Source of the DNA: Dehalococcoidia bacterium
Lineage (GTDB): Bacteria > Chloroflexota > Dehalococcoidia > GIF9 > UBA5629
DNA: 64,000 nucleotides
Direction of reading: 5' to 3'
Assembly (NCBI GenBank): GCA_050011565.1
Contig: JBEKIW010000005.1
Coordinates: 32,001-96,000, forward strand
Each line of letters begins with the position of its first letter. The stretch's first letter is position 1. Both the position numbers and the translations under genes were made by a program. The notes under the pieces are model-generated. The model made no database searches. It saw only the letters and a program-made list of their open reading frames with translations, and was not told the origin of the DNA. Positions 16,898 through 27,701 of the stretch are shown one piece after another.

Positions 16898-17081
16898 AGA
16901 ACTCTTAGCCCCAGCTCTTTGCAACCAACCCGATTGGGATTTTACTGTCTTCTTTATCATCTCAATCATTGTCTGTCCAATAGGTTTTCTAGTAGGGGCA
17001 ATCGGAAGCATAGTTCTCACCATCAAGAGGAATAGGCGGCTGGGTTCAGGCCAATCCAATGCCCAACGGGATACCCCATAG
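16890..17081 (+). pseudogene. Probable C-terminal remnant of a membrane protein
   Basis: Short ORF with FFIISIIVCPIGFLVGAIGSIVL, weak TTG start, ends immediately before the att copy. Confidence 0.4.
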
Positions 17082-17083
17082 CC

Positions 17084-17110
17084 GGTTCGAATCCTACCTC
17101 GGGAGCCAAC
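17084..17110 (+). repeat. att-like copy 3 of the tRNA-Asn 3' end
   Basis: GGTTCGAATCCTACCTCGGGAGCCAAC, 26/27 identical to 12518-12544. Confidence 0.9.
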
Positions 17111-17310
17111 TTCGCAAAATGCGCATCTTTGATACGGCACGGCATTTTCAGAATAACTGGCATTGCCTTACTAATGTACTGGACAGGTACCTTGACAGCT
17201 TAGCGTTCGTAGCCGTATGATATTGCACCGAGGCGAAAGGTTTGGGAAACAACTTATATAAAGTCGAACGCCAGGTATATTAAGAAGCCAAATCGGCAAA
17301 AGGAAATTGA

Positions 17311-19308
17311 ATGCGTAAAGTTAAAGCAACGGCGAAGAGAGACAGATTAATAATATTTATTGACTGGCTAGCGGCTCAACCTCTGTTGACTGAATTGACA
17401 TTGACAGCAATCACAGTCTTATTCGGCATGCAAGTTCTGAGAGCATTGATACCGGGCATTTACTGGATACTGGGCAGCAGAATGGGTTTGGGCTTAGTTC
17501 AGCTCGGGTTAGTCGGATTCGCCATCTTTCTCACTGGTTTTCTGTCCGGTCCGCTGAGCTGGCTTGTGGGCAATCGTCGTCTGATTATTATTAGCGTTGC
17601 CGGACTGGGTCTAGCGCGATTGTTCATGCAAGTCTCATGGGATGAGCCGCTTTTTAATTTGGGTTTAGCGATAATAGGAACAATTTTATTCGTTATCTTT
17701 CTGCCGACGTGCTTTGAAGACGCACGTCTTCGTGGTAGCGCCTCTGTCTCCCGCTATGCGCTGGGACTTCTAGGGGGCTTGGCACTGGATACGGCCATCA
17801 ATGGTGCTTTTGGTACATTTGACATCGTCTGGCAGGCCAAGCTATTACCTGTATTACTAACATTGCTAATATTCGTTATTCAACTTGTGCTCCTGATTGG
17901 CATTGCACCGGCAATCTACAGTGTGTCGACAAAATCATCGGCCACGGCGACCGGCCCAATTTCTCTGGCACGTTCATTTACCTGGCTGGCTATCGGACCT
18001 TTCCTGTTCCTGGAACTGGTAGTTTTCCAGAACATACCACGTGTGGCAACGCTAACCAATTGGCCGTTGCCAATGGCATTCGGACTAACGCTATTAGCCC
18101 AATTAGCGGGCATGGCCACCGCTATCCTGGTTATTACTAAAAACTGGCGAATGTTATGGCCCTGGGCGCTTGGCGCCGGTGTCATCCTAATAGCAACTCT
18201 GGTGTTTGCCTACCAGCAGCCTGCTACGCTGATAGCTATACTGTTTCTTATCGGGCAGGTGCTGGTATCGTCTATTATAACCATGGTTTTGGTAGGCATC
18301 GCTTCCAACACGGGCAAAACCAGGCAGTCCAGTCTATGGATTGCCAATGGCATCGGCATGATTCTGTTTGCTCTGCTCATAATTGCCTACTATGCTGTTT
18401 ACAGTGTGAAGCTTCCCTACCACAACCCCATTATTGAACTCATAGCTGGTGGTATCATCGCTGTCTGTGCTATAGGTGCCGTAATCTTCGGGCAACAAAA
18501 GATGAAGGTGGACACGAAGCTGTGGGCGATGTCGACATTTGCACTGATTCTTTTGGCGTTGCCCCTGGCTCAAATGGTCACCTGGCGTACACCCAGTGCA
18601 GCTACTGGCCAGGGATTGCCCGTAAGTGTGATGACCTATAACTTGAACAATGGCTTTAACCTCAAGGGTAAACTCGACATAGATGAAATCGCTAAAGTAA
18701 TTGAAAGTAACAGACCTGATATCGTCGCTCTGCAGGAAGTATCCAGAGGCTCCGTTGTAAATGGCCGATTGGATATGCTGGCATACTTATCTTACCGGTT
18801 GCATATGCCGTATATTTTTGGTCCGACAGCTGGCCATTTCTGGGGCAATGCCATACTGAGCCGTTACCCAATAGTGGCATATTCAACAGAAAACCTAACA
18901 TCCTCCGAGTCATTAATAGATGGCGGCTTTATCGTAGCACTGATAGACTTGGGAGCTAACCAACAAATCAAGGTTATCGCTACACAATTCGATAATGTGG
19001 AATTGAACACAGAAATTCACCAGCAACAGGCTCAGACGATCATCGATTTCTGGGGAGGACTTCTCGGTACAATACTTCTAGGCGACTTCAGCGCACAATC
19101 TACAAGCCAAGAATTACTTAAATTGCGCCAAGCTAATCTTAAAGACTCTACGATGGGATGGAATGCCGCAAATACTTATCCTTCAAACAATCCAAAGGAA
19201 AGGATAGATTACATCTTGACATCGGCCGACCTCACTGCGAGCGATGTCGGGGTGCTGTCAAGCACTGCCTCGGACCATCTACCTGTCGTCGCCGTGATAA
19301 AAAAGTGA
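17311..19308 (+). CDS. Polytopic membrane protein with C-terminal endonuclease/exonuclease/phosphatase domain (CWH43/PGAP2IP-like)
   Basis: Many TM helices, then VMTYNL, DIVALQEV, GNAILSRYPI, GDFS, RIDYI, SDHLPV; upstream TTGACA-18-TATGAT at 17192. Confidence 0.85.
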   Translation: MRKVKATAKRDRLIIFIDWLAAQPLLTELTLTAITVLFGMQVLRALIPGIYWILGSRMGLGLVQLGLVGFAIFLTGFLSGPLSWLVGNRRLIIISVAGLGLARLFMQVSWDEPLFNLGLAIIGTILFVIFLPTCFEDARLRGSASVSRYALGLLGGLALDTAINGAFGTFDIVWQAKLLPVLLTLLIFVIQLVLLIGIAPAIYSVSTKSSATATGPISLARSFTWLAIGPFLFLELVVFQNIPRVATLTNWPLPMAFGLTLLAQLAGMATAILVITKNWRMLWPWALGAGVILIATLVFAYQQPATLIAILFLIGQVLVSSIITMVLVGIASNTGKTRQSSLWIANGIGMILFALLIIAYYAVYSVKLPYHNPIIELIAGGIIAVCAIGAVIFGQQKMKVDTKLWAMSTFALILLALPLAQMVTWRTPSAATGQGLPVSVMTYNLNNGFNLKGKLDIDEIAKVIESNRPDIVALQEVSRGSVVNGRLDMLAYLSYRLHMPYIFGPTAGHFWGNAILSRYPIVAYSTENLTSSESLIDGGFIVALIDLGANQQIKVIATQFDNVELNTEIHQQQAQTIIDFWGGLLGTILLGDFSAQSTSQELLKLRQANLKDSTMGWNAANTYPSNNPKERIDYILTSADLTASDVGVLSSTASDHLPVVAVIKK

Positions 19309-19327
19309 ACGCCACGGAGGTTGGATT

Positions 19328-20416
19328 ATGGACATAATTGAACTCCTTAAGTTAATGGTAGAAAAAAGAGCCTCGGATCTGCATGTCAGGGTACCCAGCC
19401 CCCCGGTATTGCGAGTTGACGGTGAGCTTTTGCCGCTCAATAACTTGCCTCAGGCCACAATGGAAGATATTGAGACAGCCTTCGATTATATTACTACTCC
19501 CGAGCAGAGAAATCGCTTCCATCTGGAAAAGGAGCTTGACTTCGCCTACAGCGTCCCGGGATTGGCTCGATTCCGGGTGAGCGTAATGCGGCAAAGGGGA
19601 ACAATAAGCCTTGCCTTCCGCCTGGTACCATTTAAGGTCTTCACCATCGATGAACTGGCGCTGCCTGAAATTTGTAAGGAGCTTATTCTCAAGCCGAGAG
19701 GACTTATCCTGGTTACCGGCCCGACAGGTAGCGGAAAATCCACCACTATGGCTGCTATGCTTAATTTCCTCAATGAAAGTATGGCACGCAATGTAATCAC
19801 TATCGAGGATCCGATTGAATACCTGCACCCCAATATCAAATGCATAATAGCTCAGCGAGACCTTGGCGACGATACTAAGGGGTTTGATGTTGCCTTAGTC
19901 CATGCCCTGCGCCACGACCCTGATGTCATCGTAGTCGGTGAGCTTAGGGATCTGGAAACTGTACAGACGGCAATGAGGGCTGCTGAAACCGGTCACGTGG
20001 TGATGGGCACATTGCATACCACAGATGCTCCGCAGACCGTCGACCGTATAATCGATATATTCCCACCTAACCAGCAACCTCAAATCAGACTGCAATTCTC
20101 ACAGGTAATAGTCGCCGTATTATCTCAGACCCTGCTACCACGAGCTTCGGGCCGAGGCAGGATAGCGGCTTTTGAGATTATGACCGGCAATTCAGCAGTT
20201 AAAAACCTTGTTCGGGAAGGCAAAACCTACGAGCTGCATAGCGTGATGCAACTCAGTTCTGCAGAAAACATGCAAACTCTCGACCAGGCGCTGGCTGACC
20301 TGGTAAGAAAGAAAATAGTCACTTTGGAAGAAGCCAAGATGAAAAGCAGCCACCCGGACCGGCTCAAAAAACTGCTTGAATTTCAGCCGTATACTACTGC
20401 TTCGGCCAAGCGTTAA
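19328..20416 (+). CDS. pilT: Type IV pilus retraction ATPase PilT
   Basis: ASDLH, GPTGSGKSTT, TIEDPIE, LRHDPDVIVVGELRD, AAETGH, TLHT. Confidence 0.93.
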   Translation: MDIIELLKLMVEKRASDLHVRVPSPPVLRVDGELLPLNNLPQATMEDIETAFDYITTPEQRNRFHLEKELDFAYSVPGLARFRVSVMRQRGTISLAFRLVPFKVFTIDELALPEICKELILKPRGLILVTGPTGSGKSTTMAAMLNFLNESMARNVITIEDPIEYLHPNIKCIIAQRDLGDDTKGFDVALVHALRHDPDVIVVGELRDLETVQTAMRAAETGHVVMGTLHTTDAPQTVDRIIDIFPPNQQPQIRLQFSQVIVAVLSQTLLPRASGRGRIAAFEIMTGNSAVKNLVREGKTYELHSVMQLSSAENMQTLDQALADLVRKKIVTLEEAKMKSSHPDRLKKLLEFQPYTTASAKR

Positions 20417-20498
20417 CCAAAGTACCCCGCCAAACCAAAGTGCCTACTCGAACAGCATTTTGACAGCTTTCTTATATGCAGCCTTGCAATAGCTAAGC

Positions 20499-22553
20499 CT
20501 ACTTAACCAGTTGTGCTGCCACCAGCTCAGCGATATCTTGAGCCTTAAGCGATTCTTCTACACCTTTTGCCTTTATAGCATCTTCAAACATCTGCAGACA
20601 ATAAGGGCAAGCTGAAGCCACTATGTCAGCCCTGGTATTGATGACATCTTCAAGTCGCTCCTCGCTTATCCGCTTGCCAATACGCTCTTCCATCCAGTAG
20701 CGCCCACCTCCACCGCCACAGCAGAATCCGTTACGCCTGGCCCGCTTCATCTCCAGCAGTTTGGCGGGCGACATACCGGCCAATACTTGTCTCGGAGTCT
20801 CATAAATATCGTTGTGCCGGCCCAGGTAGCAAGAATCATGATATGTTAGTTTGCTATTGCTCATTGAAGCCGGTTTAATCTTACCCTGCTTCATTAAATC
20901 GGCAATAAACTGGGTATGATGGATGACCTCAAATTCGCCTCCAAACTGAGGGTATTCGTTCTTAACAGTATTAAAACAATGCGGGCAACTGGTGACTATC
21001 TTCTTTATATTGTACTTCTTAAATGTTTCGATGTTTTTGGCCGCCTGCATCTGGAAAAGGTATTCATTACCCAGCCTTCTCGCCGGCTCGCCGCAGCAAG
21101 TCTCTTCAGTGCCGAGGGTGGCAAACTTAACATCGGCAGCTTTCAATATCTTGCCCACGGCAATGGCTATCTTCATGCTTCTATCTTCCAAAGCCGAGGC
21201 GCAACCCACATAATAAATAAAGTCAACGTTGCTATCCTCAGACATAAGCTTTATATCCAGTCCGCTCGTCCAGTCTGTCCGGGTGAGCGTAGTTCCCCTA
21301 CAGCTGTGGCCTCTCGTCTCAATGCATCTCAATGCGGCTTCACCGGTCTCGGGTATTGTGGCTTTTTCTAAAACCAGGTTGCGGCGCATGTCAATCATCT
21401 TATCAATGTGTTCAATATAGACCGGGCATATTTCCTGGCAAGCACGGCAGGTAGTGCATGCCCAAAGCTCATCCTCCAATATCACCTCACCGGCTACGGC
21501 CTTGACTCCACCGCCGTCAGTAGGAGTTACTGTCTTGGGGGCCAATAAGGCGCTACGTCTCTCCAGCAAATGAGCTTTCAGGTCCTGTATCACCTTTCGC
21601 GGCGACAAAGGCTTACCTGTAAGGTAGGCCGGACATCTATCCTGACACCGGCCGCAGTTAGTACAGGCATCCAGATCAAGGAGCTGTTTCCAGGTAAAAT
21701 CCTGAATCTTAGCGGCGCCGAAGGTCTCAGCTTCTTCTATGTTAATCGGCGCCAATGCTCCTTTGGGCCGAGACGACTTAAAAAACACATTGATCGGCGA
21801 CACAATGATATGAGTCAGATTATCGAATGAAAAACATACGTAGAAAATGGCTCCCAGCGCCAGGGCAGCATGAAACCACCAGAGGCCGACATATGTAGAC
21901 AACCTGACAGCCTGAGGTAAGCCGGCGAAAAGACCGGCTACGAAATAGCCGCCGAATGACCATCTAGACCATTCCGGATGAATATAAAACTCAGGTTGTG
22001 TCAAACCGTCAGGGGTAGCCGTCAACATGCGGAAACCTTCAATAAAGTAACCAGTGATCACGACAACAAAAATCAGGGTCAGGACAACACTATTATCCAG
22101 CACCGTGTTTAGTCTTTCCGGCTTCTGGATATACCGGCGAACTAATGCCAAGATGCCGCCAACCAGCATAAATACCCCACCCACATCCATGGCAAAACCA
22201 AGGCCCAAATAGACATTCCCGCTTACAAAATGATATACATAGTGGTCTATAACATCCAGACCTGTACCGATCAGCAGAATACTGCCGCCGGCGAAGAGAA
22301 GAAAATGCATAATTCCGGGATACGCTTCACGGAAGAACCGCCTGTGGAAAAGACCGTCAATAAATCCGACAACTATGAAATTCCAAATTCTCTTGCCTAA
22401 ATTGTCCCATCGCTTGTCCGGCTTACCGACTCTCCATAAGCGCGTTCGGTTATATAGAGCATAAATAAAAATCCCCAGAGCCGCGGCACCCAGCGGATAC
22501 AAGACAAGAGGCCCAAAGGAGATGTTCCAGAAGATTTCACGAAATGCTTGCAT
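20499..22553 (-). CDS. Membrane Fe-S oxidoreductase (NarI-like TM, 4Fe-4S and CCG domains; HdrD/FadF-like)
   Basis: CTNCGRCQDRCP, CTTCRACQEICP, CCGEP, YHDSC, CCGGGGG. Confidence 0.9.
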   Translation of the reverse strand: MQAFREIFWNISFGPLVLYPLGAAALGIFIYALYNRTRLWRVGKPDKRWDNLGKRIWNFIVVGFIDGLFHRRFFREAYPGIMHFLLFAGGSILLIGTGLDVIDHYVYHFVSGNVYLGLGFAMDVGGVFMLVGGILALVRRYIQKPERLNTVLDNSVVLTLIFVVVITGYFIEGFRMLTATPDGLTQPEFYIHPEWSRWSFGGYFVAGLFAGLPQAVRLSTYVGLWWFHAALALGAIFYVCFSFDNLTHIIVSPINVFFKSSRPKGALAPINIEEAETFGAAKIQDFTWKQLLDLDACTNCGRCQDRCPAYLTGKPLSPRKVIQDLKAHLLERRSALLAPKTVTPTDGGGVKAVAGEVILEDELWACTTCRACQEICPVYIEHIDKMIDMRRNLVLEKATIPETGEAALRCIETRGHSCRGTTLTRTDWTSGLDIKLMSEDSNVDFIYYVGCASALEDRSMKIAIAVGKILKAADVKFATLGTEETCCGEPARRLGNEYLFQMQAAKNIETFKKYNIKKIVTSCPHCFNTVKNEYPQFGGEFEVIHHTQFIADLMKQGKIKPASMSNSKLTYHDSCYLGRHNDIYETPRQVLAGMSPAKLLEMKRARRNGFCCGGGGGRYWMEERIGKRISEERLEDVINTRADIVASACPYCLQMFEDAIKAKGVEESLKAQDIAELVAAQLVK

Positions 22554-22595
22554 GTTTACCAGTTCCTCCTTGTACGTAGTTTATCGGAATGTAAG

Positions 22596-23447
22596 TTAAT
22601 GTTGTTTCAGCAATTCAAGACTACGTTTGCTGGCCAGGGCAAACAACTGCTCGACGGAACTAGCCGGACTAATCGCCCTACCCATTTCAACTTCCAAACT
22701 ATCTCCAAAAGCATGATAATCGGTGCCGCCCGTGGTAATAAGGTCATATTGCTCGGCAATCCGAGCTAGCCTGGCAACAATCTCCGAGCCGTAATCACGA
22801 TAATAAACTTCCAGGCCTACCAAACCAACTGCCTTCAATTTCGGAACAAGCTCATCTAAGTCAGCTATATCTGCCGGGTGTGCCAGGACAGGCAAGCCTT
22901 GAGCGTCTAAAATCATCTTCACTACTTCAGCAGGGAGCAATTTGTATCTTTCCACATAAGCCGGACCGTTATGGCCGATGTATTTGTCAAAAGCTTCCTT
23001 CTCTGAGCGCACGTAGCCTTTCTCAAACAAAGCTTGAGAAATATGAGGCCGGCCAACTGTACCGCCCTGGGCTAACTCACTGACCCGTTGCCAATCAATC
23101 TTCATGCCCAGGTCACTTAGTTTAGCAACCATCTTTTGTGCTCTTTCACGTCGTGAATCGCGCAACTTTTGTAAAGTAGCAGCCAACTTCTTGTCGGTAT
23201 AATCAATGAAATAGCCTAAGATATGAACTTCACCCAGAGCCACATCTGTATTAATCTCGACACCTGGGATTACCCTTAATGAATGAGAGGCTGACGCCGC
23301 ATCCAGGGCCGGCACCACGCCGTCTATCGTATCGTGGTCGGTGACAGCGATAACATCAAGGCCAACTCTTATTGCCATAGCTACAATCTCTTTAGGCTCC
23401 AGGCGCCCGTCAGATGCAGTGGTATGTAGATGCAAGTCAGCTTTCAC
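22596..23447 (-). CDS. PHP-domain phosphoesterase
   Basis: DLHLHTTASDG, TDHD, GRPH, LAHP, GGTDYH. Confidence 0.92.
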   Translation of the reverse strand: MKADLHLHTTASDGRLEPKEIVAMAIRVGLDVIAVTDHDTIDGVVPALDAASASHSLRVIPGVEINTDVALGEVHILGYFIDYTDKKLAATLQKLRDSRRERAQKMVAKLSDLGMKIDWQRVSELAQGGTVGRPHISQALFEKGYVRSEKEAFDKYIGHNGPAYVERYKLLPAEVVKMILDAQGLPVLAHPADIADLDELVPKLKAVGLVGLEVYYRDYGSEIVARLARIAEQYDLITTGGTDYHAFGDSLEVEMGRAISPASSVEQLFALASKRSLELLKQH

Positions 23448-23449
23448 TA

Positions 23450-24214
23450 TTATTCTTTCAGGTGTATCCGTTTTATATTTAGAGCCCTTCCTGTAGCCTC
23501 GTCGACCTCGACTATTATAGCATCAAACGTCACAGCTCCCTCACTTACAAAGAACCTGTGAGGCATTCCAGTGAGAAAGCTCCTGATTGCTGATTGAGTA
23601 TCCACACCTATAACTGAATCAGCAGGTCCAACCATGCCTACGTCGGTAACGTAAGCTGTTCCCTTAGGCAGGATATAAGCATCAGCTGTAGCTACATGGG
23701 TATGCGTACCAAGCATGGCGCTTACTCTGCCATCCAGATACCTGCCCATAGCCACCTTCTCTGAGGTAGCCTCGGCATGAAAATCAACTATAATGACCTT
23801 AGATTCAGTCTGGCTTTCCGAAAGCAAGCAGTCTATAGTCCTGAAAGGGCAATCGTATTGTCCAATGAAAACACGACCTATGAGATTGATTATTAGAGCA
23901 CCCTTCATTTCCAGGAAACCTCGACCCGGCGCCGTCGGCGGGAAATTCAAAGGGCGAATAATCGGCAACTCACCATCCAGATGAGGAATAATCTCCTTCT
24001 TAGCCCATACGTGGTTACCGGTAGTTATCACGTCAACGCCGCAATCGCATAGCTCTTTGGTTGTATCCGGCGTAATGCCGATGCCACCAGCGGTATTTTC
24101 ACCATTTGCTATAACAAGGCCAAGCTCATAATCATGAATCAGGCCTGGCAAAAATCGCTGCACCGCCCTTCTGCCAGGCCTTCCGACTACATCGCCTATC
24201 ATCAATATACGCAA
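23450..24214 (-). CDS. ymdB: YmdB/TIGR00282 metallophosphoesterase
   Basis: GDVVG, NGEN, TGNH, DFHAEATSEK, GTHTH; adjacent to rny. Confidence 0.92.
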   Translation of the reverse strand: MRILMIGDVVGRPGRRAVQRFLPGLIHDYELGLVIANGENTAGGIGITPDTTKELCDCGVDVITTGNHVWAKKEIIPHLDGELPIIRPLNFPPTAPGRGFLEMKGALIINLIGRVFIGQYDCPFRTIDCLLSESQTESKVIIVDFHAEATSEKVAMGRYLDGRVSAMLGTHTHVATADAYILPKGTAYVTDVGMVGPADSVIGVDTQSAIRSFLTGMPHRFFVSEGAVTFDAIIVEVDEATGRALNIKRIHLKE

Positions 24215-24251
24215 TACGGTTCCTTGTGATGATATTGCTGTTGCTTACTTC

Positions 24252-25787
24252 TTACTTAGCATAGTCTACTGCCCGAGTCTCCCGCATCACAGTTACTTTA
24301 ATTTGCCCCGGATACGCCAGAGTATCCTCTATTTTCTTAACTATATCACGAGCCAATCTCATAGCTCCAAGGTCGTCCACCTGCTCCGGCTTGACCAAAA
24401 TACGCACTTCACGGCCGGCTTGAATGGCGAAGGCTTTTTCAACTCCAGGGAAACTATTAGCCACACTTTCAAGAGCCTCAATACGTTTTAAATACTGCTC
24501 CAGTGATTCACGTCGAGCTCCTAATCTTGACCCGCTTATGGCATCAGCGGTAGCAATTATAAAACCCAGCGCACTGGTAGTTGTAGCTTCGCCATGGTGT
24601 TCAGATACAGCTTGAGCCACTTCAGCCGATTTGTCCCACTGCTTGACCAGGTCGGCACCTATCGAAGCATGAGTCCCTTCTACCTGATGGTCCACAGCCT
24701 TACCAATATCATGAAGCAGGCCGGCTTTCTTAGCCACAGTTGCATCAGCACCGATCTCAGCTGCCAGCATTCCGGCAAAATAAGCAACCTCAAGGCTGTG
24801 AGTTAATACATTTTGCCCATAGCTGCTTCGAAACTTGAGTTTACCGATTAATCTTATAAGCTCCGGATGCAATCCCATTACGCCGACTTCACGTACCGCC
24901 CGCTCTCCCTCGTTGCGAATTGCAGCCTCAACCTCATTCTTTGCCTTCTCCACAACTTCCTCTATTCGGGCTGGATGAATTCGCCCATCCAGGATAAGGT
25001 TGTTTAAAGCCACTCTTGCCACCTCACGCCTGAGCGGGTCGAAGCTGGAGATTGTCACTGCTTCCGGCGTATCGTCGATGACCAGGTCCACGCCGGTGGC
25101 TTGCTCCAAAGCTCTGATATTGCGGCCCTCGCGGCCAATAAGCCGCCCTTTCATCTCATCACTCGGTAGAGAAACTACGGAAACAGTCGTCTCCGATACT
25201 ACATCGGTGGCACAACGTTGGATGGAGGTGGACAGGATCTCACGAGACTTCTCGTCAATTTCATCTTTTATCCGTGATTCCCAGTCCCGAACGCGTCGTG
25301 ATGCTTCGTCACGGATTTCTACCTCGATAGCTCGAAGCAATTCCTGTTTGGCTTCATCACTTGAAATGCCGGAGATTAGTTCTAGTCGTTGAAGCTGCTT
25401 AGCCTTTATTTCATCGAGTTGAAGCTTGACAGCCTCGATTTCCCTCTCTTGATTGGACAAACCGCGTTCGCGGCGATCCAAACCCTCCAGCTTGTGTTCT
25501 AGCTTCTCTTCCTTCTGAGTGAAACGTCTTTCAAGTCTCTGTAACTCAAAACGTCGCTCTCGACTATCGGCTTCGGCAGCAGCTCTAACTTTTATAGCCT
25601 CTTCTCTGGCTTTCTGGAGCATATCCGCATGTGCTGCTGATGCCTCTTCCAGTAATCGTTTAGCTTCATTTTGATTTCTGCGGAGCTGCTGATTGGCTAA
25701 TATCTGTCTCGCAAAATAGCCCGAAAGTAGACCCACAAGAAGAACAAGCCCAACTACAACAAAATACATCGTTGCAGAAACAACCAT
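24252..25787 (-). CDS. rny: Ribonuclease Y
   Basis: TM anchor, coiled coil, KH domain ([13 protein letters not shown]), HD domain (LLHDIGK). Confidence 0.97.
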   Translation of the reverse strand: MVVSATMYFVVVGLVLLVGLLSGYFARQILANQQLRRNQNEAKRLLEEASAAHADMLQKAREEAIKVRAAAEADSRERRFELQRLERRFTQKEEKLEHKLEGLDRRERGLSNQEREIEAVKLQLDEIKAKQLQRLELISGISSDEAKQELLRAIEVEIRDEASRRVRDWESRIKDEIDEKSREILSTSIQRCATDVVSETTVSVVSLPSDEMKGRLIGREGRNIRALEQATGVDLVIDDTPEAVTISSFDPLRREVARVALNNLILDGRIHPARIEEVVEKAKNEVEAAIRNEGERAVREVGVMGLHPELIRLIGKLKFRSSYGQNVLTHSLEVAYFAGMLAAEIGADATVAKKAGLLHDIGKAVDHQVEGTHASIGADLVKQWDKSAEVAQAVSEHHGEATTTSALGFIIATADAISGSRLGARRESLEQYLKRIEALESVANSFPGVEKAFAIQAGREVRILVKPEQVDDLGAMRLARDIVKKIEDTLAYPGQIKVTVMRETRAVDYAK

Positions 25788-25905
25788 TTAACTGCCTCAC
25801 TTTCCTAAAACACCACATAATCATGATGTAAAAATGTCCTAAATTATCCCCCTTATAGTAATCCTTCGCCAAGCTGGTGTCAAACAAATGTCCTATTCGA
25901 AATTA

Positions 25906-26538
25906 TTACCAAGAGCCGCTTTGTTTTTCCTGCCACAAACGCGTTACGGCACATTTAACAGTCTCATAGTTAAAACCGCGCCGCCGCAGATAATCATATA
26001 AGCGGCGGCGGAAATCATCATAATCGGAACCAGACAGCCGGCGTGCCTTCCTTAGCCCGGCCTCATAAACGTAATTTTCATCATCTAAATTCTTCACTGC
26101 CTCGTTAGCCGTCTCGGCAGTCACGCCCTTTTGTCTGAGCTCAAGCTTAATCAATCTTCCACTTCTAGGACTGAATGACAGGCGATTATTCCGCCAATAT
26201 TCGGAGAAGGCTACATCGTCAATAAGCCGACGCTCTTTTAACTTAAAAATGACCTCTTCGATGACCTTATTGTCGAAACTTCGACGTCGCAGCCGTTGTC
26301 TTACTTCATTTTCACTGCGAGGACGATAGCTGAGATAATGCAAAGCCGCGTCGAAACAACTCTTAAAAAGGTTCGCCTCTTTCAGCTCCTCAATCTGGTC
26401 TGCCGACAGGTGCCGGCCAACTTCGAGGCGGTTGGTTACTGCCAGTTCATCAGCTAGAGTAAAGGAAAATAAGCCGTCAACATAGATGTTTACTTGTTTT
26501 TTAGCATCATTTGACCGCAGAGCCGTAATAGTCCCCAC
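25906..26538 (-). CDS. recX: Regulatory protein RecX
   Basis: ALHYLSYRPRSENE, IDDVAF, LRQKGV, YLRRRGF; downstream of recA. Confidence 0.93.
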   Translation of the reverse strand: MGTITALRSNDAKKQVNIYVDGLFSFTLADELAVTNRLEVGRHLSADQIEELKEANLFKSCFDAALHYLSYRPRSENEVRQRLRRRSFDNKVIEEVIFKLKERRLIDDVAFSEYWRNNRLSFSPRSGRLIKLELRQKGVTAETANEAVKNLDDENYVYEAGLRKARRLSGSDYDDFRRRLYDYLRRRGFNYETVKCAVTRLWQEKQSGSW

Positions 26539-26587
26539 TTGAACTTCCTCTGCTCCGGGTAATAAGGATATAGAAGAGCCGGCGGTA

Positions 26588-27625
26588 TTATTCGGAGACT
26601 TCTTTTACTTCGGCGTTTGGACTTGGCACAGTGCTTGCCGCCGTTCTTATCTCTTGCTCAATTTTAGAAGCCAGGTCTTGATGTTGCATCAGGTAGTCTC
26701 TGGCATTTTCCCGTCCCTGGCCCAACTTCAGGTCGCCGTAAGTGAAAAAAGTACCCGCTTTTTTTACAACTCCCAGAGCCACTCCTAAATCGATAATGTC
26801 ACCTTCCTTGCTTATGCCATACTTACCCCGTTTAAACATTATGTCAAATTCAGCCGACCGGAAAGGAGGCGCTGTTTTATTCTTTACTATCCTGGCCCGG
26901 ACCCTGGTGCCTACTACGTCAGAACCCTGTTTGATAGAATCGATTCGTCTCAAATCAATTCTCACAGAGCTATAGAATTTTAACGCCCTTCCACCCGGAG
27001 TAACCTCCGGGCTACCAAAAATTATGCCCACCTTTTCCCGTAACTGGTTAATGAAGACCACGGCTGTGTGCGATTTGCTAATCGCCGCTACTAATTTCCT
27101 CAACGCCTGAGACATCAACCGCGCTTGCAAGCCCACATGTATATCACCCATATCTCCCTCTATCTCGGCACGAGGTACCAGCGCAGCTACACTGTCAATT
27201 ACTATCACGTCAACAGCCCCACTCCTCACCAGTTCTTCAGTGATACCCAAAGCTTCCTCTCCATCGTCAGGCTGTGATATGCGCAAATCATCGATGTTGA
27301 CCCCACAATTAGCCGCGTATGCCGTATCGAGAGCATGTTCCGCATCTACGTAAACGGCAATGCCTCCCAGTTTTTGAGCCTCAGCAATGATATGCTGGCC
27401 AAGAGTAGTCTTACCCGAAGCCTCAGCGCCGAAAATTTCAGTAACACGACCTCGAGGAATACCACCTATACCTAAAGCTAAATCCAAACCCAATGAGCCG
27501 GTGGGAATAGCTTCTGTCGTCATTCTCGCCGATATCTCACCCAACTTCATAATGGAACCTTGACCGAATTGTTTTTCAATACGACTTATGGCCAGTTCCA
27601 GTGCCTTTTCTTTCTCTGAAGCCAT
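26588..27625 (-). CDS. recA: Recombinase RecA
   Basis: [40 protein letters not shown]. Confidence 0.98.
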   Translation of the reverse strand: MASEKEKALELAISRIEKQFGQGSIMKLGEISARMTTEAIPTGSLGLDLALGIGGIPRGRVTEIFGAEASGKTTLGQHIIAEAQKLGGIAVYVDAEHALDTAYAANCGVNIDDLRISQPDDGEEALGITEELVRSGAVDVIVIDSVAALVPRAEIEGDMGDIHVGLQARLMSQALRKLVAAISKSHTAVVFINQLREKVGIIFGSPEVTPGGRALKFYSSVRIDLRRIDSIKQGSDVVGTRVRARIVKNKTAPPFRSAEFDIMFKRGKYGISKEGDIIDLGVALGVVKKAGTFFTYGDLKLGQGRENARDYLMQHQDLASKIEQEIRTAASTVPSPNAEVKEVSE

Positions 27626-27701
27626 CTCTTTCCTCCTGTACAACCAAACGCATCATAGCATACGTATTATGCCAACACAACCTGCACCGAAACGGTTTTA
27701 T

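Larger units (their letters stand above)
12508..17110. mobile_element. Tandem array of three integrase-free cassettes delimited by tRNA-Asn 3'-end repeats
   Basis: Four direct copies of ...TCCTACCTCGGGAGC.A (12508, 13312, 15077, 17084); accessory and defence-like cargo; no recombinase ORF. Confidence 0.8.

Noticed and set aside
12508-17110. Repeats of about 35 bp as a CRISPR array
   Set aside because: The spacing is 0.8-2 kb and contains whole genes, the repeat is a tRNA 3' end, and no cas genes are present.
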